From Bugula neritina (Eukaryota; Animalia; Bryozoa): 64,000 nucleotides of DNA. Below the pieces are notes generated by a model. That model made no database searches. It was not told the origin of the DNA and saw nothing but the letters and a program-made list of their open reading frames with translations. The stretch spans positions 992,001-1,056,000 of the forward strand of contig OZ037766.1 in NCBI GenBank assembly GCA_964035545.1, in the 5' to 3' direction. The translations under genes were made by a program, and so were the position numbers. Each line of letters starts with the position of its first letter. Within the stretch, counting starts at the first letter, position 1. Positions 13,101-25,100 of this stretch are shown here, piece by piece.

Positions 13101-16100
13101 TTTAAATGGTTTTTGAAAATTTTGTTTCTATTTTCCATCCTTTGATTATATAAATTGGATAACATGAAAGTGACTAACATTGATTTTACCGTGCAAGTAA
13201 ACTGATGGGGATGTTTTATTTGTTACATTGCTTCCTCAGGCATGTATGTATTGTTGCAGCTAATGTTAATAGGGTTTGAAGTCGAAGTCTTCACACGTAT
13301 AGCGTCCCCTGTAAGCTCACTATTATACCAATCATACTGTTGAACTGTAGAATTACCTTGAATAACTTTTTGCTAAAGTGAGAGCACAACACGTGGAAGC
13401 ACGGACCTTCATGTGATACTAGTGTTTCGATGGAGCGGTGAAGTTTCTGTATCCATGATTCTGGAGCATGCTCAGCTGGTGACGGAGACAGTTGAGTCTG
13501 CATTGTCTAGTTGGAACATTACATCTGCACCAACACTGGCTGGTAGGGACAGTATTCTGTGATCCATCAACTACATCATGTTCATTTTGGGGATGCAAAC
13601 TAATCTCTATTCCATTACATGTGGATTTTGCCATTGTGCTTTGCTATTGTTTTTTTATGGGAGATACAGGTCATAATTTAGTTTGCCGTTGTTGCTCAGA
13701 ATGGAATTTTGAAAGTATAAAGCATGCGTGCATCTCCCCCATGGTATATACCAGTTTTTTGAAATTCCTCTTATTTTATGAGGTGCCTTCTTTACAGTGA
13801 TTCCAGACTTGACGCTATACATCCGCGCTGTGCGACAGATAATCATTGAAGGAACAGCTAATCTCTGTCCTGGTGATAAGTTCTCATGTGGTGATGGTCA
13901 ATGTATTGAGCTAACCGAAGTTTGTGACTTTTCCTACAACTGTTACAATGGGGCTGATGAACTGCAATGGTGAGTAATAATTTAAATATTAATATCTAAT
14001 ATCTTTTTATAAACTTAACAACTTGAGTAAAGTGTTTAGGCACAATGTTGAAGTTGTAGTTTCAGGTTTGAAAAACCATGAGAGGTTCTCGTAACTTGCG
14101 CACAAAATATGAGACAGGTTTGTCTTGTAAAAATTTAAAAGCAAAGTAAAGCAGATGGAAATATAAATGAACTGTATTAAAAGAGATATTAGTATTAGTA
14201 TTAGTTCATTCGAAGTTTCCGTTAGACATAGAAATAACAATCTTATGAAATTTATGATCCTAGTTAATAAGATGCAAGTCTTGCAGTCTTGGTTTCAACA
14301 TCTTTTGAAGGCACGACTTCAAGTCATTGAAACTACATGGCAAACCAACTTACTTTTTCCATTTAGAAAGGAATTATTTGACTAGGTTTGAAGCAACAGT
14401 TTTTTTTCAGAAAAGATATATACATGAATTTAGCGATTTTTTGTTAGTGTGCAGTTATCTGGAAACGACAACTCAGAGAAAAGCGGATAGAAATTATAGA
14501 TTTGAGAGGCATATTTTGATCCATTTATGTTTATATATATAATTCACATCTATATTTGTAAACTGAGCTTAAAGACTGAAAATTTGCAATGAATTAAACA
14601 GGCGTGATAAACATGGCACCGCAAAATAGTCTTCGTAACCTATATTATGCTTTGATTTAGAACTTACCACTGGAAAGCGAGTTACTCGCATTATGAAAGC
14701 TTGCTTTAAGCACAAATAGTTGCAATAAAATTTGTAGAGAAAGGTCTATAGAAATGATAAAAAGACTGCCTTGTTTCAAGACCAGATACATTAACTTGCT
14801 GCCATGATGTTTGGATAAAGCTCAGTAAATAATTGTACATGCTTGAATGTATTGAAGTCTAATGGTAAAATGATTCATCTATGGTGGTTTCAGCGCAGAG
14901 GTATGCAGCCATGACATACTGGAGGAATGTAGAGATGATATTACGTATACAAAGTCTCCCAATACATTGTTTAACTTGACGAGTGCAGATGACTACAGGG
15001 AATTTCTGAGTAATGTAACAAAGGTGATGGCGGGTTGCTCTATCGATGACTGCTGGATAAGAACTACAACTTGCAGGCTCATGTACCCAATATGTACTAC
15101 AAAACTTGAACAACAGCTATGTAGAAACTCATGTTTAGGTAAGAGCCAAAAGTATATTTCAGAGGTTAATTGGTTGTGTTTGACAATACTACATGTATAC
15201 GAAATTTTAGATTTCAATGGACTATATTGATATAAGCTGCATTGATTGCAGAGCAACTTTTATGATGCAATGTGATGATAAAAGCTTTCATATTGTGTAT
15301 TCTGGAAAACATTGTTGAGGTAGTTAGGTTTTTTGAATGTTGTAGACGGTGTGAGATACTCGTGTCACGGCGAAGGTAGAGACTATCTGGAATCATTATG
15401 TATGAAGTTGCCCGAAGAAGAATGCCTACCCGCAATTGAGTCACCCGTTCAGCCCTGTGGCGAGCATGAGTTTTCTTGTGGGGATGGTCAGTGCATTCCA
15501 GGTCTGGGGGTTTGCAACAATAAGTACGAGTGTCTCAGTGGAGCCGACGAAAAAGAATGGTACGTGATTTTTTATGATTGAGGTTGACAGGTAGACTGTG
15601 GAATTTGTGCAAATCTTTTTTCATAATATGTCAGAAATTCAAAACATAAGTTTTTTATTTGGGCAGGCAAATCTAAACATTGCGTTTTATTGTGTCTTCA
15701 CAGCGACGTGAAATGCTCAGCAGAAGTTCCAGCCCAGTGTGCCGAATTCATCCCATATACAACTTATCCCAACAAGTTGTTTAATCTAACCACAGAAGAT
15801 GAATATGGGAACTTTTCAGCGTCTATAGAGATGATTCTGAGGAATAACTGTACAGGTGTTGATGAGTACTGGGCAACATGGGGTGTATGCAACATGATGT
15901 TTCCACGCTGTCTTCTAGGATTTGAACTTCAGCTGTGCAGAAATACTTGTCTTGGTATGTGCTAGAATTGACTATTGTTTTTTCATAGACAAATCGGTTC
16001 ACTGGGCCAACGGATGGATTACATCGCCAATGTTCAAATGCAATGCGATGCATCGTCAGAGTTTACAATGTCTTCACCATGAAAAGCTGGCTTCTGGCCT

Positions 16101-19100
16101 TCTTCCAAAAGCAAACAGTGAATTTAATAAATTTTTGTATGACAACTTTTCTAGAAAACCTTGTTGAGGTTAGGTTTTTTGAATGTTGTAGACGGTGTGA
16201 GCTACTCGTGTCACGGCGAAGGTAGAGACTATCTGGAATCATTATGTATGAAGTTGCCCGAAGAAGAATGCCTACCCGCAATTGAGTCACCCGTTCAGCC
16301 CTGTGGCGAGCATGAGTTTTCTTGTGGGGGTGGTCAGTGCATTCCAGGTCTCGGGGTTTGCAACAATAAGTACGAGTGTCTTAGTGGAGCCGACGAAGAA
16401 GAATGGTACGTGATTTTTTATGATTGAGGTTGACAGGTAGACTGTGGAATTTGCGGAAATCTTTTTTCTCAATATTTCAGAAATTCAAAACTTTAATTTG
16501 TTTATTTGGGCAGGCAAATCTAAACATTGCGTTTTATCGTGTCTTTACAGCGACGCCAAATGCTCAGCAGAAGTTCCAGCCGAGTGTGCCGAATTCATCC
16601 CATATACAACTTATCCCAACAAGTTGTTTAATCTAACCACAGAAGATGAATATGGGAACTTTTCAGCGTCTATAGAGCTGATTCTGAGGAATAACTGTAC
16701 AGATGTTGATGAGTACTGGGCAACATGGGGTGTATGCAACATGATGTTTCCACGCTGTCTTCTAGGATTTGAACTTCAGCTGTGCAGAAATACTTGTCTT
16801 GGTATGGGCTAGAATTGACTATTGATTTTTCATAGACAAATCGGTTCACTGGGCCAACGGATGGATTACATCGCCAATGTTCAAATGCAATGCGATGCAT
16901 CGTCAGAGTTTACAATGGCTTCACCATGAAACGCTGGCTCGTGGCCTTCTTTCAAAAGCAAACAGTGAATTTAATAAATTTTTTTATAACAAATTTTCTA
17001 GAAAACATTGTTGAGGTTGGCTCTTTTGAATGTTGTAGACGGTGTGAGATACTCGTGTCACGGCGAAGGTAGAGACAATCTGGAATCATTATGTATGAAG
17101 TTGCCCGAAGAAGAATGCCTACCCACAATTGAGTCACCCGTTCAGCCCTGTGGCGAGCATGAGTTTTCTTGTGGGGGTGGTCAGTGCATTCCAGGTCTGG
17201 GGGTTTGCAACAATAAGTACGAGTGTCTCAGTGGAGCCGACGAAGAAGAATGGTATGTGATTTTTTATGATTGAGGTTGACAGGTAGACTGTGGAATTTG
17301 TGGAAATCTTTTTTCTCAATTTTTCAGAAATTCAAAACTTTAATTTGTTTATTTGGGCAGGCAAATCTAAACATTGCGTTTTATCGTGTCTTTACAGCGA
17401 CGCCAAATGCTCAGCAGAAGTTCCAGCCGAGTGTGCCGAATTCATCCCATATACAACTTATCCCAACAAGTTGTTTAATCTAACCACAGAAGATGAATAT
17501 GGGAACTTTTCAGCGTCTATAGAGATGATTCTGAGGAATAACTGTACAGGTGTTGATGAGTACTGGGCAACATGGGGTGTATGCAACATGATGTTTCCAC
17601 GCTGTCTTCTAGGATTTGAACTTCAGCTGTGCAGAAATACTTGTCTTGGTATGTGCTGGAATTGACTATTGTTTTTTCATAGATAACTCGGCTCACTGGG
17701 CCAACGGATGGATTACATCGCCAATGTTCAAATGCAATGCGATGCATCGTCAGAGTTTACAATAGCTTCACCATGAAACGCTGGCTTGTGGCCTTCTTTC
17801 AAAAGCAAACAGTCAGTTTAATAAATTTTTGTATAACAAATTTTCTAGAAAACATTGTTGAGGTTAGGTTTTTTGAATGTTGTAGACGGTGTGAGATACT
17901 CATGTCACGGCGAAAGTAGAGACTATCTGGAATCATTATGTATGAAGTGGCCCGAAGAAGAATGCCTACCCGCAATTGAGTCACCCGTTCAGCCCTGTGG
18001 CGAGCATGAGTTTTCTTGTGGGGATGGGCAGTGCATTCCAGGTCTCGGGGTTTGCAACAATAAGTACGAGTGTCTCAGTGGAGCCGACGAAAAAGAATGG
18101 TACGTGATTTTTTATGATTGAGGTTGACAGGTAGACTGTGGAATTTGTGGAAATCTTTTTTCTCAATATTTCAGAAATTCAAAACTTTAATTTGTTTATT
18201 TGGGCAGGCAAATCTAAACATTGCGTTTTATCGTGTCTTTACAGCGACGCCATATGCTCAGCAGAAGTTCCAGCCGAGTGTGCCGAATTCATCCCATATA
18301 CAACTTATCCCAACAAGTTGTTTAATCTAACCACAGAAGATGAATATGGGAACTTTTCAGCGTCTATAGAGATGATTCTGAGGAATAACTGTACAGGTGT
18401 TGATGAGTACTGGGCAACATGGGGTGTATGCAACATGATGTTTCCACGCTGTCTTCTAGGATTTGAACTTCAGCTGTGCAGAAATACTTGTTTTGGTATG
18501 GGCTAGAATTGACTATTGATTTTTCATAGACAAATCGGTTCACTGGGCCAACGGATGGATTACATCGCCAATGTTCAAATGCAATGCGATGCATCGTCAG
18601 AGTTTAAAATGGCTTCACCATGAAACGCTGGCTTGTGGCCTTCTTTCAAAAGCAAACAGTGAATTTAATAAATTTTTGTATGTCAAATTTTCTAGAAAAC
18701 ATTGTTGAAGCTAGCTTTTTTGAATGTTGTAGACGGTGTGAGCTACTCGTGTCACGGCGAAGGTAGAGACTATCTGGAATCATTATGTATGAAGTTGCCC
18801 GAAGAAGAATGCCTACCCGCAATTGAGTCACCCGTGCAGCCCTGTGGCGAGCATGAGTTTTCTTGTGGGGATGGTCAGTGCATTCCAGGTCTGGGGGTTT
18901 GCAACAATAAGTACGAGTGTCTCAGTGGAGCCGACGAAGAAGAATGGTACGTAATTTTTTATGATTGAGGTTGACAGGTAGACTGTGGAATTTGTGCAAA
19001 TCCTTTTTCATAATATGTCAGAAATTCAAAACATAAGATTTTTATTTGGGCAGGCAAGTCTAAACATTGCGTTTTATCGTGTCTTTACAGCGACGCCAAA

Positions 19101-22100
19101 TGCTCAGCAGAAGTTCCAGCCGAGTGTGCCGAATTCATCCCATATACAACTTATCCCAACAAGTTGTTTAATCTAACCACAGAAGATGAATATGGGAACT
19201 TTTCAGCGTCTATAGAGATGATTCTGAGGAATAACTGTACAGGTGTTGATGAGTACTGGGCAACATGGGGTGTATGCAATATGATGTTTCCACGCTGTCT
19301 TCTGGGATTTGAACTTCAGCTGTGCAGAAATACTTGTCTTGGTATGTGCTGGAATTGACTATTGTTTTTTCATAGATAACTCGGCTCACTGGGCCAACGG
19401 ATGGATTACATCGCCAATGTTCAAATGCAATGCGATGCATCGTCAGAGTTTACAATAGCTTCACCATGAAACGCTGGCTTGTGGCCTTCTTTCAAAAGCA
19501 AACAGTCAGTTTAATAAATTTTTGTATAACAAATTTTCTAGAAAACATTGTTGAGGTTAGGTTTTTTGAATGTTGTAGACGGTGTGAGATACTCATGTCA
19601 CGGCGAAGGTAGAGACTATCTGGAATCATTATGTATGAAGTTGCCCGAAGAAGAATGCCTACCCGCAATTGAGTCACCCGTTCAGCCCTGTGGCGAGCAT
19701 GAGTTTTCTTGTGGGGATGGTCAGTGCATTCCAGGTCTGGGGGTTTGCAACAATAAGTACGAGTGTCTCAGTGGAGCCGACGAAAAAGAATGGTACGTGA
19801 TTTTTTATGATTGAGGTTGACAGGTAGACTGTGGAATTTGTGCAAATCTTTTTTCATAATATGTCAGAAATTCAAAACATGAGTTTTTTATTTGGGCAGG
19901 CAAATCTAAACATTGCGTTTTATTGTGTCTTCACAGCGACGTGAAATGCTCAGCAGAAGTTCCAGCCCAGTGTGCCGAATTCATCCCATATACAACTTAT
20001 CCCAACAAGTTGTTTAATCTAACCACAGAAGATGAATATGGGAACTTTTCAGCGTCTATAGAGATGATTCTGAGAAATAACTGTACAGGTGTTGATGAGT
20101 ACTGGGCAACATGGGGTGTATGCAACATGATGTTTCCACGCTGTCTTCTAGGATTTGAACTTCAGCTGTGCAGAAATACCTGTCTTGGTATGTGCTAGAA
20201 TTGACTATTGATTTTTCATAGACAAATCGGTTCACTGGGCCAACGGATGGATTACATCGCCAATGTTCAAATGCAATGCGATGCATCGTCAGAGTTTACA
20301 ATGGCTTCACCATGAAACGCTGGCTTGTGGCCTTCTTTCAAAAGCAAACAGTCAATTTAATAAATTTATTCATAACAAATTTTCTAGAAAACATTGTTGA
20401 AGCTAGCTTTTTTGAATGTTGTAGACGGTGTGAGCTACTCGTGTCACGGCGAAGGTAGAGACTATCTGGAATCATTATGTATGAAGTTGCCCGAAGAAGA
20501 ATGCCTACCCGCAATTGAGTCACCCGTTCAGCCCTGTGGCGAGCATGAGTTTTCTTGTGGGGGTGGTCAGTGCATTCCAGGTCTCGGGGTTTGCAACAAT
20601 AAGTACGAGTGTCTTAGTGGAGCCGACGAAGAAGAATGGTACGTGATTTTTTATGATTGAGGTTGACAGGTAGACTGTGGAATTTGCGGAAATCTTTTTT
20701 CTCAATATTTCAGAAATTCAAAACTTTAATTTGTTTATTTGGGCAGGCAAATCTAAACATTGCGTTTTATCGTGTCTTTACAGCGACGCCAAATGCTCAG
20801 CAGAAGTTCCATCCGAGTGTGCCGAATTCATCCCATATACAACTTATCCCAACAAGTTGTTTAATCTAACCACAGAAGATGAATATGGGAACTTTTCAGC
20901 GTCTATAGAGCTGATTCTGAGGAATAACTGTACAGGTGTTGATGAGTACTGGGCAACATGGGGTGTATGCAACATGATGTTTCCACGCTGTCTTCTAGGA
21001 TTTGAACTTCAGCTGTGCAGAAATACTTGTCTTGGTATGTGCTGGAATTGACTATTGTTTTTTCATAGATAACTCGGCTCACTGGGCCAACGGATGGATT
21101 ACATCGCCAATGTTCAAATGCAATGCGATGCATCGTCAGAGTTTACAATAGCTTCACCATGAAACGCTGACTTGTGGCCTTCTTTCAAAAGCAAACAGTG
21201 GATTTAATAAATTTTTGTATGTCAAATTTTCTAGAAAACATTGTAAAGGTTAACTTTTTTGAATGTTGTAGACGGTGTGAGATACTCGTGTCACGGCGAA
21301 GGTAGAGACTATCTGGAATCATTATGTATGAAGTTGCCCGAAGAAGAATGCCTACCCGCAATTGAGTCACCCGTGCAGCCCTGTGGCGAGCATGAGTTTT
21401 CTTGTGGGGATGGTCAGTGCATTCCAGGTCTGGGGGTTTGCAACAATAAGTACGAGTGTCTCAGTGGAGCCGACGAAGAAGAATGGTACGTAATTTTTTA
21501 TGATTGAGGTTGACAGGTAGACTGTGGAATTTGTGCAAATCCTTTTTCATAATATGTCAGAAATTCAAAATATAAGTTTTTTATTTGAGCAGGCAAATCT
21601 AAACATTGCGTTTTATTGTGTATTTGCAGCGACGCCAAGTGCTCAGCAGAAGTTCCAGCCGAGTGTGCCGAATTCATCCCATATACAACTTATCCCAACA
21701 AGTTGTTTAATCTAACCACAGAAGATGAATATGGGAACTTTTCAGCGTCTATAGAGATGATTCTGAGGAATAACTGTACAGGTGTTGATGAGTACTGGGC
21801 AACATGGGGTGTATGCAACATGATGTTTCCACGCTGTCTTCTAGGATTTGAACTTCAGCTGTGCAGAAATACCTGTCTTGGTATGTGCTAGAATTGACTA
21901 TTGATTTTTCATAGACAAATCGGTTCACTGGGCCAACGGATGGATTACATCGCCAATGTTCAAATGCAATGCGATGCATCGTCAGAGTTTACAATGGCTT
22001 CACCTTGAAACGCTGGCTTGTGACCTTCTTTCAAAAGCAAACAGTCAATTTAATAAATTTTTTCATAACAAATTTTCTAGAAAACATTGTCGAAGCTAGC

Positions 22101-25100
22101 TTTTTTTAATGTTGTAGACGGTGTGAGATACTCGTGTCACGGCGAAGGTAGAGACTATCTGGAATCATTATGTATGAAGTTGCCCGAAGAAGAATGCCTA
22201 CCCGCAATTGAGTCACCCGTTCAGCCCTGTGGCGAGCATGAGTTTTCTTGTGGGGGTGGTCAGTGCATTCCAGGTCTGGGGGTTTGCAACAATAAGTACG
22301 AGTGTCTCAGTGGAGCCGACGAAAAAGAATGGTACGTGATTTTTATGATTGAGGTTGACGGGTAGACCGTTGAATTTGCGCAAATATTTTTTCATAATAT
22401 GTCAGATATTGAAAACATAAGTCTTTTATTTGGGCAGGCAAATCTAAACATTGCGTTTTATCGTGTCTTTACAGCGACGCCATATGCTCAGCAGAAGTTC
22501 CAGCCGAGTGTGCCGAATTCATCCCATATACAACTTATCCCAACAAGTTGTTTAATCTAACCACAGAAGATGAATATGGGAACTTTTCAGCGTCTATAGA
22601 GATGATTCTGAGGAATAACTGTACAGATGTTGATGAGTACTGGGCAACATGGGGTGTATGCAACATGATGTTTCCACGCTGTCTTCTAGGATTTGAACTT
22701 CAGCTGTGCAGAAATACCTGTCTTGGTATGTGCTAGAATTGACTATTGTTTTTCATAGATAAATCGGTTCACTGGGCCAACGGATGGATTACATCGCCAA
22801 TGTTCAAATGCAATGCGATGCATCGTCAGAGTTTACAATGGCTTCACCATGAAACGCTGGCTTGTGGCCTTCTTTCAAAAGCAAACAGTGGATTTAATAA
22901 AATTTTTTATAACAAATTTTCTAGAAAACATTGTTGAGGTTGGCTCTTTTGAATGTTGTAGACGGTGTGAGATACTCGTGTCACGGCGAAGGTAGAGACT
23001 ATCTGGAATCATTATGTATGAAGTTGCCCGAAGAAGAATGCCTACCCGCAATTGAGTCACCCGTTCAGCCCTGTGGCGAGCATGAGTTTTCTTGTGGGGA
23101 TGGTCAGTGCATTCCAGGTCTGGGGGTTTGCAACAATAAGTACGAGTGTCTCAGTGGAGCCGACGAAGAAGAATGGTACGTGATTTTTTATGATTGAGGT
23201 TGACAGGTAGACTGTGGAATTTGTGCAAATCTTTTTTCATAATATGTCGGAAATTCAAAACATAAGATTTTTATTTGAGCAGGCAAATCTAAACATTGCG
23301 TTTTATTGCGTATTTGCAGCGACGCCAAATGCTCAGCAGAAGTTCCAGCCGAGTGTGCCGAATTCATCCCATATACAACTTATCCCAACAAGTTGTTTAA
23401 TCTAACCACAGAAGATGAATATGGGAACTTTTCAGCGTCTATAGAGATGATTCTGAGGAATAACTGTACAGATGTTGATGAGTACTGGGCAACATGGGGT
23501 GTATGCAACATGATGTTTCCACGCTGTCTTCTAGGATTTGAACTTCAGCTGTGCAGAAATACTTGTCTTGGTATGTGCTGGAATTGACTATTGTTTTTTC
23601 ATAGATAACTCGGCTCACTGGGCCAACGGATGGATTACATCGCCAATGTTCAAATGCAATGCGATGCATCGTCAGAGTTTACAATGGCTTCACCATGAAA
23701 CGCTGGCTTGTGGCCTTCTTTCAAAAGCAAACAGTGAATTTAATAAATTTTTGTATGTCAAATTTTCTAGAAAACATTGTAAAGGTTAACTTTTTTGAAT
23801 GTTGTAGACGGTGTGAGATACTCGTGTCACGGCGAAGGTAGAGACTATCTGGAATCATTATGTATGAAGTTGCCCGAAGAAGAATGCCTACCCGCAATTG
23901 AGTCACCCGTTCAGCCCTGTGGCGAGCATGAGTTTTCTTGTGGGGGTGGTCAGTGCATTCCCGGTCTCGGGGTTTGCAACAATAAGTACGAGTGTCTCAG
24001 TGGAGCCGACGAAGAAGAATGGTACGTAATTTTTTATGATTGAGGTTGACAGGTAGACTGTGGAATTTGTGCAAATATTTTTTCATAATATGTCAGAAGT
24101 TCAAAACATAAGTTTTTTATTTGAGCAGGCAAATCTAAACATTGCGTTTTATTGTGTATTTGCAGCGACGCCAAATGCTCAGCAGAAGTTCCAGCCGAGT
24201 GTGCCGAATTCATCCCATATACAACTTATCCCAACAAGTTGTTTAATCTAACCACAGAAGATGAATATGGGAACTTTTCAGCGTCTATAGAGATGATTCT
24301 GAGGAATAACTGTACAGATGTTGATGAGTACTGGGCAACATGGGGTGTATGCAACATGATGTTTCCACGCTGTCTTCTAGGATTTGAACTTCAGCTGTGC
24401 AGAAATACTTGTCTTGGTATGTGCTGGAATTGACTATTGTTTTTTCATAGATAACTCGGCTCACTGGGCCAACGGATGGATTACATCGCCAATGTTCAAA
24501 TGCAATGCGATGCATCGTCAGAGTTTACAATAGCTTCACCATGAAACGCTGGCTTGTGGCCTTCTTTCAAAAGCAAACAGTGGATTTAATAAATTTTTGT
24601 ATGTCAAATTTTCTAGAAAACATTGTAAAGGTTAACTTTTTTGAATGTTGTAGACGGTGTGAGATACTCGTGTCACGGCGAAGGTAGAGACTATCTGGAA
24701 TCATTATGTATGAAGTTGCCCGAAGAAGAATGCCTACCCGCAATTGAGTCACCCGTTCAGCCCTGTGGCGAGCATGAGTTTTCTTGTGGGGATGGTCAGT
24801 GCATTCCAGGTCTGGGGGTTTGCAACAATAAGTACGAGTGTCTCAGTGGAGCCGACGAAGAAGAATGGTACGTGATTTTTTATGATTGAGGTTGACAGGT
24901 AGACTGTGGAATTTGTGCAAATCTTTTTTCATAATATGTCGGAAATTCAAAACATAAGATTTTTATTTGAGCAGGCAAATCTAAACATTGCGTTTTATTG
25001 CGTATTTGCAGCGACGCCAAATGCTCAGCAGAAGTTCCAGCCGAGTGTGCCGAATTCATCCCATATACAACTTATCCCAACAAGTTGTTTAATCTAACCA

